Part shown: positions 17,907 to 24,970 of the stretch, piece by piece
How positions within the stretch are numbered: the stretch's first letter is position 1
How the letters are laid out: every line of letters starts with the position of its first letter
NCBI GenBank assembly: GCA_023474155.1
Contig: JAMCYJ010000023.1
Span: forward strand, 1-36,968
Source: Candidatus Marsarchaeota archaeon
GTDB lineage: Archaea > Micrarchaeota > Micrarchaeia > Micrarchaeales > Micrarchaeaceae
Direction of reading: 5' to 3'
Length of the DNA stretch: 36,968 nt
Made by a program: the position numbers and the translations under genes
The notes under the pieces: model-generated
What the model was told of the DNA's origin: nothing
What the model saw: the letters and a program-made list of their open reading frames with translations, nothing else
Database searches by the model: none

Positions 17907-20330
17907 ATGACTGATTCGTCTGTTAATAGCAGCAAGACAAGATTCGACGGCGTAGACGTAACGCGCGCCTTCAAAGAGCTCCGCACTTCGGCGCGCGGGC
18001 TGGCAGGCGCCGAGGCAGACGAAAGGATAAGGATACACGGCGGCAACGAGATACCTGAAAAAAAGAAAAATCCCGCGATAAAATTTCTGAAGAACTTCAG
18101 CGGGCCGATCCCGCTTATGCTCGAAGCGGTTATTTTAATCTCTTATTTTCTCGGCAACTTCAAGGACATGTATATTATTCTCGCCCTTCTTATTTTCAAT
18201 TCAATAGTCACGTTTATCGAGGAGCGCAAGGCAGACAATTCCCTGGAGCTGCTTAGGGACCGCCTCGCTGTCAATGCGAAAGTGCTTAGGGATGATAAAT
18301 GGTCGGTCAGGCCAGCGAGGGAATTGGTAGAGGGGGACGTAGTATCTGTAAAGACAGGGGACATAGTGCCCGCAGACCTCAAAGTCATTTCATCGCAGGA
18401 CCTGATGGCCGACGAGTCTGTGCTTACCGGTGAGACGAAAATGAAGCCGAAGCCGAAAAACAGCACCATGTATTCAGGTTCAGCAGTAAAGCAGGGCACG
18501 GGTTTATGCCTTGTCATCGGTACAGGATACAACACTTATTTTGGGCGCACGACAAAGCTCATAGAAGTTGCAAAACCCGAAATGCATCTTGAAAAAGACA
18601 TATTCAATATTGTAAAGTATATCGTTGCAATAGATTTTTTGCTTGTCGTATTTATGGCGCTATGGGCCGTTTTTGTTTTCAAATATCCTATAACAGAAAT
18701 GCTGCCTTTCAGCCTTGTGCTGCTGATCGCCTCGGTGCCTGTCGCCCTTCCCGCGGCGATAACAGTCTCGACGGCAGTTGGCACTGAACGGCTCTCAAAA
18801 AAATCAATCCTGATTACGCGCCTGCAGGCGATCGAAGAGGCGTCGGGCATAAATGTCGTGTGCTTCGACAAGACAGGCACGATAACGAAAAACGTTCTGG
18901 AGGTGAAAGAGGTATTTCCGCTCGGAAGGCACTCTGAAAAAGACGTGGTTGTAGGCGCGCTGCTCGCATCAGACAGGGACGGCAATGATCCTATAGACTC
19001 AGCAATAATATCCTATTCCGGCAAAACGCATTGCGCCGCAGGGAAATCCAAACAGATTTCATTTACTCCGTTCACTCCTGCAACAAAATACGCGAGCGCG
19101 AAAATATCGACAGGGAAGGAGACATTCACTGTAACAAAGGGGTCTATCGAAGTCCTGGCAGGTCTCAGCAGGCTTTGCAAAAAAGACATGGCCAAGCTGA
19201 TGCGGCAGGTAAAGGAATATTCAGGCAAGGAGTTTAGGACAATAGGGGTCATGAAGAAGCGCGGCAAAAATCCCGCGGAATTTCTTGGCATAATTGCGAT
19301 GTACGACGAACCGAGAAAGGACGCGGCAAGTCTTATAAAAGAACTCAGGGGCCTCGGCATATCGATAAAAATGCTGACAGGAGACGATATAGTCATAGCA
19401 AGGCAGATTGCTGGCGAGGTAGGAATAGGGGGCAATATAATTTCAGCTGGCGAATTAAAAGGCAAAAGCGTAGCCGACGTCAATGACCTTGTGGAAAATA
19501 GCGACGGGTTCGCAGGCATATATCCTGAGGACAAATTTTTGATCGTGAAGGCTTTGCAGAGCAAGGGGTACAGGGTTGCAATGACAGGCGACGGCATAAA
19601 CGACGCGCCCGCGCTGAAGCAGGCAGACATAGGCATCTGCGTCGAAAACGGGGCGGACATTGCAAAGAGCGTCGCAAGCATCGTTCTTATGAAAAACGGA
19701 ATAAACGTGATTGTCGACGCGATAAAAGAAAGCAGAAAAATATTCGAAAGAATCAGGGTTTATGCAATGTTCAAATTGATAAGGATATTCCAGCTGCTGC
19801 TCTTTATTTTTATAATATTTGTTTCGATAAAGGTCGTCCCGATAACCGCGTTGATGCTTATCTTGCTGATTTTCACGACAGACATAGCGAACATATCAAT
19901 TTCGACAGACAATGTCGCGTATTCGAAGAGCCCCGACATCTGGAACATCAAGGACCTTGTAAAATATTCGTTCAGCCTTAGCGCGGTGTTTTTCATGTTT
20001 TTGCTTGTAATGTCCTTTTTTTCAATGCCGTTTGTTACAGGAACCAAGCAATTCCAGACCTTTGTATTTCTTATGTTTGACATTACAAGCATCATGCTTC
20101 TCTACAGCATAAGATCCCAGACAAGTCTTTTTGGAAGAAGGCCGAGCAAGTATCTTGTCATTGCATCGCTAAGCGGGGCGGCATTCGGCGTAATAGCGTC
20201 TTTGTTCGGTATATTTATCCCAAAGATAGGAATATATCCCGTGCTATTGGTTTTAGGATTCAGCGCATTGTTTGTGCTGCTATTTGATGTGATCAAAATT
20301 AAGATCTACAAGCACTTGAAGATGCAGTAG
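17907..20330 (+). CDS. P-type ATPase, plasma-membrane H+-ATPase-like (P3A-type)
   Basis: Phosphorylation site CFDKTGTITKN, TGES-type TGETK, hinge MTGDGINDAPALKQADIG. The N-terminus (GLAGAEADERIRIHGGNEIPEKKKNPAIKFL) is typical of H+-ATPases. 807 aa. Confidence 0.88.
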   Translation: MTDSSVNSSKTRFDGVDVTRAFKELRTSARGLAGAEADERIRIHGGNEIPEKKKNPAIKFLKNFSGPIPLMLEAVILISYFLGNFKDMYIILALLIFNSIVTFIEERKADNSLELLRDRLAVNAKVLRDDKWSVRPARELVEGDVVSVKTGDIVPADLKVISSQDLMADESVLTGETKMKPKPKNSTMYSGSAVKQGTGLCLVIGTGYNTYFGRTTKLIEVAKPEMHLEKDIFNIVKYIVAIDFLLVVFMALWAVFVFKYPITEMLPFSLVLLIASVPVALPAAITVSTAVGTERLSKKSILITRLQAIEEASGINVVCFDKTGTITKNVLEVKEVFPLGRHSEKDVVVGALLASDRDGNDPIDSAIISYSGKTHCAAGKSKQISFTPFTPATKYASAKISTGKETFTVTKGSIEVLAGLSRLCKKDMAKLMRQVKEYSGKEFRTIGVMKKRGKNPAEFLGIIAMYDEPRKDAASLIKELRGLGISIKMLTGDDIVIARQIAGEVGIGGNIISAGELKGKSVADVNDLVENSDGFAGIYPEDKFLIVKALQSKGYRVAMTGDGINDAPALKQADIGICVENGADIAKSVASIVLMKNGINVIVDAIKESRKIFERIRVYAMFKLIRIFQLLLFIFIIFVSIKVVPITALMLILLIFTTDIANISISTDNVAYSKSPDIWNIKDLVKYSFSLSAVFFMFLLVMSFFSMPFVTGTKQFQTFVFLMFDITSIMLLYSIRSQTSLFGRRPSKYLVIASLSGAAFGVIASLFGIFIPKIGIYPVLLVLGFSALFVLLFDVIKIKIYKHLKMQ

Positions 20331-20425
20331 AGCAGCCCGCAATATTAATGGTTATTAATTTGAAATTTAATCAGATTCCTTAAATATTTAAGTTGCTTAA
20401 TAGTAATTGGGAACAAGGTGTAAAA

Positions 20426-21166
20426 ATGAAAAATTATTTGTTTCTTGCGCTATTTTTGTCTGTATTTTTGGGCATTTCCTTTGCAGCAGGCATAGGGACA
20501 TCAAAAATATCATTTTCAAATAATTCAATCAATATATCCCAGGGCAGTTCGGCGCGGGTCAATTATACTGTCGCGTTAATATCAGGCAGCAAGTGGGCCA
20601 CAAGCATGGTTTTATTGAATCAAACCCTGCTTCTGCAAAAAGGCATAAGCGCGGCAATGAGCAATCCCTCAAGTGATCCGACATTTTCAGGCATACTTAC
20701 TATAAGTGCGTCATCCGCCACTCCGCCAGGCAAATACAACCTCTCGTTTCAGGCAACAGGCGACGACCCATCGGTAAACAATTCTGTTATAATATTAAAC
20801 GTCGCTGCGCCAAGCGCATCCGCAACATCAAGCCAAATAACAAATCCCATTGTATCCTCCCAATACAACAAGCAGCCTGCTTATGCTGTAAGCCACAGCA
20901 TTGCAAATTATTTATTGTATGCATTGATGCTTGTCGTTCTAATATTGAACATCTACTTTATTGCAATAATGAAATATTTTAATGCAAAGCTAATTTTTGC
21001 AAGCGCCTTGCTTATTTTGATAGGGTCCCTTGCATGGCTTTATGGGGACATTAACGGGGGCCTTTTTTATTACATCGCCGCAGGATTTGCCGCAATAATA
21101 ATAGGAACTATTCTGTGGTTGTATGCAGACTATAAAGGCGGCGCATTCAAGAAGCGCCAGGCTTGA
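20426..21166 (+). CDS. Secreted/membrane protein with an Ig-like surface domain and C-terminal TM helices (hypothetical)
   Basis: Signal peptide MKNYLFLALFLSVFLGISFA after aaggtg. Multiple N-x-S/T sequons and a PGKYNLSFQATGDD motif. Three hydrophobic helices at the C-terminus. The ORF-track TTG at 20393 is rejected as the start. Confidence 0.7.
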   Translation: MKNYLFLALFLSVFLGISFAAGIGTSKISFSNNSINISQGSSARVNYTVALISGSKWATSMVLLNQTLLLQKGISAAMSNPSSDPTFSGILTISASSATPPGKYNLSFQATGDDPSVNNSVIILNVAAPSASATSSQITNPIVSSQYNKQPAYAVSHSIANYLLYALMLVVLILNIYFIAIMKYFNAKLIFASALLILIGSLAWLYGDINGGLFYYIAAGFAAIIIGTILWLYADYKGGAFKKRQA

Positions 21167-21237
21167 AAGATTATCGCAACTAATTTATTTATTGCCTCTT
21201 TTATTATTAAGAAGGAAGCTAAAATAATGCCGAAAGA

Positions 21238-21310
21238 GGGGTTGTATGCTAGCTTGGTAGACTGCCGGCTTCGGGAGCCGGTTACCGGAGTTCAAATCTC
21301 CGCAACCCCA
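21238..21310 (+). tRNA. tRNA-Pro (anticodon CGG) with a non-canonical D arm
   Basis: Acceptor GGGGTTG/CAACCCC pairs 7/7. Anticodon stem CCGGC/GCCGG with loop TTCGGGA. T arm CGGAG-TTCAAAT-CTCCG. In the standard register the D stem gives only G11-C24 and U13.G22; an alternative CTA/TAG 3-bp stem is possible. Confidence 0.75.
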
Positions 21311-21576
21311 TTTAATTTTGAGATTCTCCCTGTAGGTTTTTTGTATTTTAAACCTCTGATACCACCTTTCCGGTATGCAATAATGAAACGATTAACGGTG
21401 CTATAGTTTATGTGCGCATCTTTTGCAACTTCCTGTCTCGGTTTTTTACAACAGAGCAGTATACAATTGTACCTCTGCCACATTTTTGCGTCATTCTCTA
21501 CTTTGAGAAGTTTTTCTAGGATTTTTTTATCACCTTTCAGAGTGTCAATAATTCTGGTGGTCTTATAATGGCCGCC
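21292..21576 (-). mobile_element. IS630/Tc1-family transposase N-terminal HTH fragment (remnant; no DDE domain)
   Basis: The open frame reads ...LKGDKKILEKLLKVENDAKMWQRYNCILLCCKKPRQEVAKDAHINYSTVNRFIIAYRKGGIRGLKYKKPTGRISKL. This matches the characteristic IS630 N-terminal pattern (...ARIILL...IA..LGVS.STV.RW..RY..GG..GL.D.PRSGRPRKL). It stops about 95 aa in, and its last codons overlap the tRNA-Pro 3' end. Confidence 0.65.
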
Positions 21577-21614
21577 TTATAAGACTATTTGTTTGCTAAG
21601 ATTTAAGTCTTTTA

Positions 21615-21887
21615 CTATAGGACAAGCGCGACAACTGTTCCTGAAGCAGCTCCGATGGCAAACAGCACCACAAAGGCGATGGCAAGTCTTTTTGCAAATA
21701 CTATGTAATGCATGTCCCGCGTCTTTGCGCCAATAACCTCTGCTATGATTATTATCCCAGGAACTGTAATTCTTAGTGATGCAAATATTATATGGACTCT
21801 AAGCGTAAGTGCCATAAGCAGCCTGTTAAAAAATGATAATTTCCATTTAATTATTTGGCTGGCATATACGTGCCGCGCTCTGGAAAT
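21615..21887 (-). pseudogene. cydA: Cytochrome bd ubiquinol oxidase subunit I (CydA) N-terminal fragment
   Basis: ...LSFFNRLLMALTLRVHIIFASLRITVPGIIIIAEVIGAKTRDMHYIVFAKRLAIAFVVLFAIGAASGTVVALVL* resembles the first two helices of CydA. It covers about 80 of the expected ~450 aa. No cydB is present. Confidence 0.55.
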
Positions 21888-21890
21888 CTA

Positions 21891-22487
21891 TCACGGCGGC
21901 GACGCCAGATGGGCAGGAAGAGATATTGCTCCAAGCGCAAGCGCAGCAACGCCCGCAAGCGCAAGAAATATTATGAATAATGCAAATGCAAACAAGTAAG
22001 GCGATGATCTTTTGTTGAAGTCATAGACCAGTGTCGCAGGGTATGCAAAAATCCCCGCAAGGCCAAAAAACCCATAAAGTCCAAGAAGCATTTGTGGCGC
22101 CTTTGTCATGTTCAAATTGTAGCCAAATATGCCGTATAATATAATTATCACACCGAAAAGCAGAGAAAGAAATCCGATCGAATTTATCTTCTTTCCGAAA
22201 AATATAGCTATGCTTAAGCTCATCAGCAGTATCCCAAACATCATAAATGGATCGTAAAATAAGATGTTATAGCTTCCAGGGAGGCTCCACATAAGCTCCT
22301 CGGCCAATGCATTTGCAAATATAAAAAATCCGACGATGAATACTGGAATCATGCCATCTTTTATCCCTTCAAACTCTTTTTTTGCCTTGCTGAATTTAAA
22401 ATAAGCAGTTATTATTACATACAAAAGCAAAGCTGCGCTGAAAAATAAGACGAACAGTTCAAATGCCAGGTTATCTATAAATACCAT
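21891..22487 (-). CDS. Integral membrane protein (DUF981-like)
   Basis: 198 aa with about six hydrophobic helices. The SLPGSYNILFYDP motif recalls the archaeal DUF981 family; this assignment is from memory and unverified. Confidence 0.6.
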   Translation of the reverse strand: MVFIDNLAFELFVLFFSAALLLYVIITAYFKFSKAKKEFEGIKDGMIPVFIVGFFIFANALAEELMWSLPGSYNILFYDPFMMFGILLMSLSIAIFFGKKINSIGFLSLLFGVIIILYGIFGYNLNMTKAPQMLLGLYGFFGLAGIFAYPATLVYDFNKRSSPYLFAFALFIIFLALAGVAALALGAISLPAHLASPP

Positions 22488-22600
22488 GCTTTATATTTCA
22501 ATGCTTAAAAATAAAAAGCTTTATTTTTAATATTTATGCGGTTAACTATATTATTTGTATTTCAAAAATATTACGGATACGAGATTTGAGGGGTTAGTTC

Positions 22601-23371
22601 ATGAAGGAGATAAGCATTGTGCTGAAAAGGAATGATAAAAAGATTATGCAAAGGCTGCGGCAAAGCTTTAGGATTTCAAAAAAAGCAAACCTGTGCCTTG
22701 CAATTGGCGGCGACGGCACGTTCATAAAGGCCGCAACCATGCATTCCTGTCCTATACTTCCTATACGCATGACTGAAAACGGCAGCATAGGCTATTATTC
22801 CGATCTCACCACGAAAGACCTTGGCTATATAATAAAAAATATAAAAAATGACAATTTTGTTGTCCAAAATATTTCAAATAAGCTTCAGGTTGTATTCAAT
22901 AAATCTAGCTATTTTGCAATAAACGAGATAGAGCTTAAGAATGTCTCCTTGTCTGTCAACTTTGTACTGAGTAGGAGGCATGGCAAAAAAGCAGAGCGCA
23001 TATATCCTTATGTCGTGAGCGGCGACGGCATGATTGTCACAACACTGCTCGGCTCGACAGCTTATAACAGGACCGCAAAAGGCCCTATAATACTCGCGCC
23101 GAATGTCCTTTGCATAACCTTTCTCAATATCGACGGCCCGTATTCAAATCCGATAATAGTTGGCGCGGATGAAGTAATAGAAGTGAAAATTGCAAAGTAC
23201 GAGGGGATCCTTAAATATGATGGAAAAATAATCCGCACATTGCGGGAGGGCGACAAATTCCAGATAATGCTGTCAAACAAGCAGATATTGATTGCAAGAT
23301 TCAAGGAAAAGATAGAGCCGTTCCACTCAAAGCTCGACAGGCTGATAAAGGGAAAGCTCATCAATAAATAA
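22601..23371 (+). CDS. nadK: NAD+ kinase
   Basis: GGDGT motif (AIGGDGTFIKAA) and SGDGMIVTTLLGSTAYNRTAKGPI. A gagggg Shine-Dalgarno-like element lies upstream of the ATG. Confidence 0.9.
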   Translation: MKEISIVLKRNDKKIMQRLRQSFRISKKANLCLAIGGDGTFIKAATMHSCPILPIRMTENGSIGYYSDLTTKDLGYIIKNIKNDNFVVQNISNKLQVVFNKSSYFAINEIELKNVSLSVNFVLSRRHGKKAERIYPYVVSGDGMIVTTLLGSTAYNRTAKGPIILAPNVLCITFLNIDGPYSNPIIVGADEVIEVKIAKYEGILKYDGKIIRTLREGDKFQIMLSNKQILIARFKEKIEPFHSKLDRLIKGKLINK

Positions 23372-23382
23372 TATCCTGCGGT

Positions 23383-23904
23383 TTACCCATGGATAAGCTT
23401 CTTTAGTACCAATTCATATTTTTTTTGCATATATTTTGGAGGCTGCATCTCATATTTCGTGCTTTCTTTATCCCTCTCAAGGTAATAAAGGCCTTTAAGC
23501 GACGCGCCCGCGGGTTTTAGTATACCTTCCTCGTAGGGTTTATATTTTTCAATATATTCCGCAATTTCTGAAATGCTTATTTTAGCATTCTCCTCTTTAT
23601 CTGCGTTTATCTTATTGAGGCGCATTTGGGCTAAAAATCCGCCTACGGATAGCAGTACATCTTTTGTTATTGGAAATTTCACTGTGTCTTGCGTCAAACC
23701 TTGTTCATTTTTTTGCGAGCTTTCGGTGCCGCCTTTGACCTGTCTGTTGCTACTTCTGGAATTAGCAACTCTATTGCGTCTTGCCAGTCTAAACAAATCC
23801 GCTGCGTTGCTGCAGCCTCTGCGTTTCTCGTGTATCTTGTCAAAGCCATTGCTGATTTTCGTTTCATTCATAAAATTGCCCTTATATAATATTCTGCTAA
23901 GCAC
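23383..23904 (-). CDS. Hypothetical protein
   Basis: 173-aa ORF (GTG at 23904, or ATG at 23871). Basic N-terminal half. No recognised motif. Confidence 0.5.
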   Translation of the reverse strand: MLSRILYKGNFMNETKISNGFDKIHEKRRGCSNAADLFRLARRNRVANSRSSNRQVKGGTESSQKNEQGLTQDTVKFPITKDVLLSVGGFLAQMRLNKINADKEENAKISISEIAEYIEKYKPYEEGILKPAGASLKGLYYLERDKESTKYEMQPPKYMQKKYELVLKKLIHG

Positions 23905-24232
23905 GGATCTTAATTCAATAAAGTATTCCTTTTTATGATATTTATAATTTTTTATTTATGTTTTGATTTGTATTATCCCGAAATAAGTTTCTATCGGTAA
24001 AAGAATATATACGCCCGTCTGATTTTTGTCATCTACTAAAAGCATGAACTTATTGAAGTCCATGTTTAGAAATACGCCTATCCCATTGAATTTTTCCCTC
24101 AACTACTTAACCACCTCTAACAAATTATTGCATAAGTTATAAAGCAAGAAAGATAGAGGAAATGCCTTGCAGATTTAAACAATTATTGGGTAAAACTGCA
24201 GTGGAGAAAGAAGCAAATACGTAACTGGTAAT

Positions 24233-24766
24233 TTAATATTTGAGCAGCGTAAAGAAATCGTATCCTTTAAGTTTTTCTCTTCCTTTCAGCGCGCTCAATT
24301 CTATAAGTGCGCATATGCCCGCAATTTTTGCATCTAATTTTTCAAGGAGTTCTATGCTTGCTGCAAGTGTTCCGCCTGTTGCAAGCACATCGTCAATTAT
24401 CAAAACCTTGCTGTCCTTTTCGACAGCATCGCTGTGCATCTCAATTGTCTGCTTTTCAGCGTATTCAAGGCTGTAAGAAACTTCAACAGTTTTGTATGGC
24501 AGTTTTCCTTTTTTCCTTATCGGTATAAACCCTTTTTTCAGCTTGTATGCAAGCGCCGAGCCTATAATGAAGCCACGCGCATCAATCCCTGCTATATAGT
24601 CTATATCCTTTCCGTAAAGACTGACATTTATGTAGTCTATGCAAAGCGCAAACAAGTCCTTGTCCTTTAGCAACGGCGTTATGTCCCTGAACATGACCCC
24701 TTTTTTAGGGTAATTCTCTATGTCCCGTATCTTTGACCTCAGTAGTTTTTCTATATCCTCGTTCAT
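24233..24766 (-). CDS. apt: Adenine phosphoribosyltransferase
   Basis: KIRDIENYPKKGVMFRDITPLL and the PRPP-binding motif VLIIDDVLATGGTLAA. ATG 24766 is preferred over the ORF-track TTG at 24802. Confidence 0.92.
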   Translation of the reverse strand: MNEDIEKLLRSKIRDIENYPKKGVMFRDITPLLKDKDLFALCIDYINVSLYGKDIDYIAGIDARGFIIGSALAYKLKKGFIPIRKKGKLPYKTVEVSYSLEYAEKQTIEMHSDAVEKDSKVLIIDDVLATGGTLAASIELLEKLDAKIAGICALIELSALKGREKLKGYDFFTLLKY

Positions 24767-24816
24767 TTCAATGCCTTTAATTGTTAATTTCAAATCGAGC
24801 AAACTTCTCCATAGGA

Positions 24817-24969
24817 ACTTTTTTCTTGATTGAACTTCTTCCTAAGAAGCCCAAAGACTTTTTTCTTGATTGAACTTCTTCCTAAGAAGCCCAAAGACTT
24901 TTTTCTTGATTGAACTTCTTCCTAAGAAGCCCAAAGACTTTTTTCTTGATTGAACTTCTTCCTAAGAAG
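24817..24969. repeat. Perfect 40-bp tandem repeat, about 3.8 copies, each unit containing a hairpin
   Basis: The unit cttgattgaacttcttcctaagaagcccaaagactttttt occurs at 24825-24864, 24865-24904 and 24905-24944 with no mismatch. A partial copy follows at 24945-24969, and 8 nt of unit tail precede at 24817-24824. Confidence 0.97.
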
Positions 24970-24970
24970 T

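Noticed and set aside
18143-20296. Several 64-222-aa ORFs antisense to, or out of frame with, the P-type ATPase gene
   Set aside because: They are fully nested in a gene with canonical DKTGT and GDGxNDxP motifs. They have no independent start context and no motifs.
23956-24063. A 35-codon minus-strand ORF (MDFNKFMLLVDDKNQTGVYILLPIETYFGIIQIKT) upstream of the 23383-23904 gene
   Set aside because: Short ORFs of this size are expected by chance in a 330-nt AT-rich spacer. It has no Shine-Dalgarno or TATA context I can point to and no recognisable motif.
24146-24166. aagaaagatagaggaaatgcc (24146-24166) and aagaaaaatagaggaaatacc (35745-35765) share 19 of 21 nt in two intergenic spacers
   Set aside because: My rough estimate for a 37-kb AT/purine-rich window, over both strands and all pairs, predicts several such 19/21 matches by chance. 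The flanks do not align and no structure or box motif accompanies them.
24817-24969. Could the 40-bp perfect repeats be a CRISPR array?
   Set aside because: The units are directly contiguous, with no unique spacers between them. There are fewer than four copies and no cas genes or leader in the window. This is a tandem minisatellite, not a CRISPR array.
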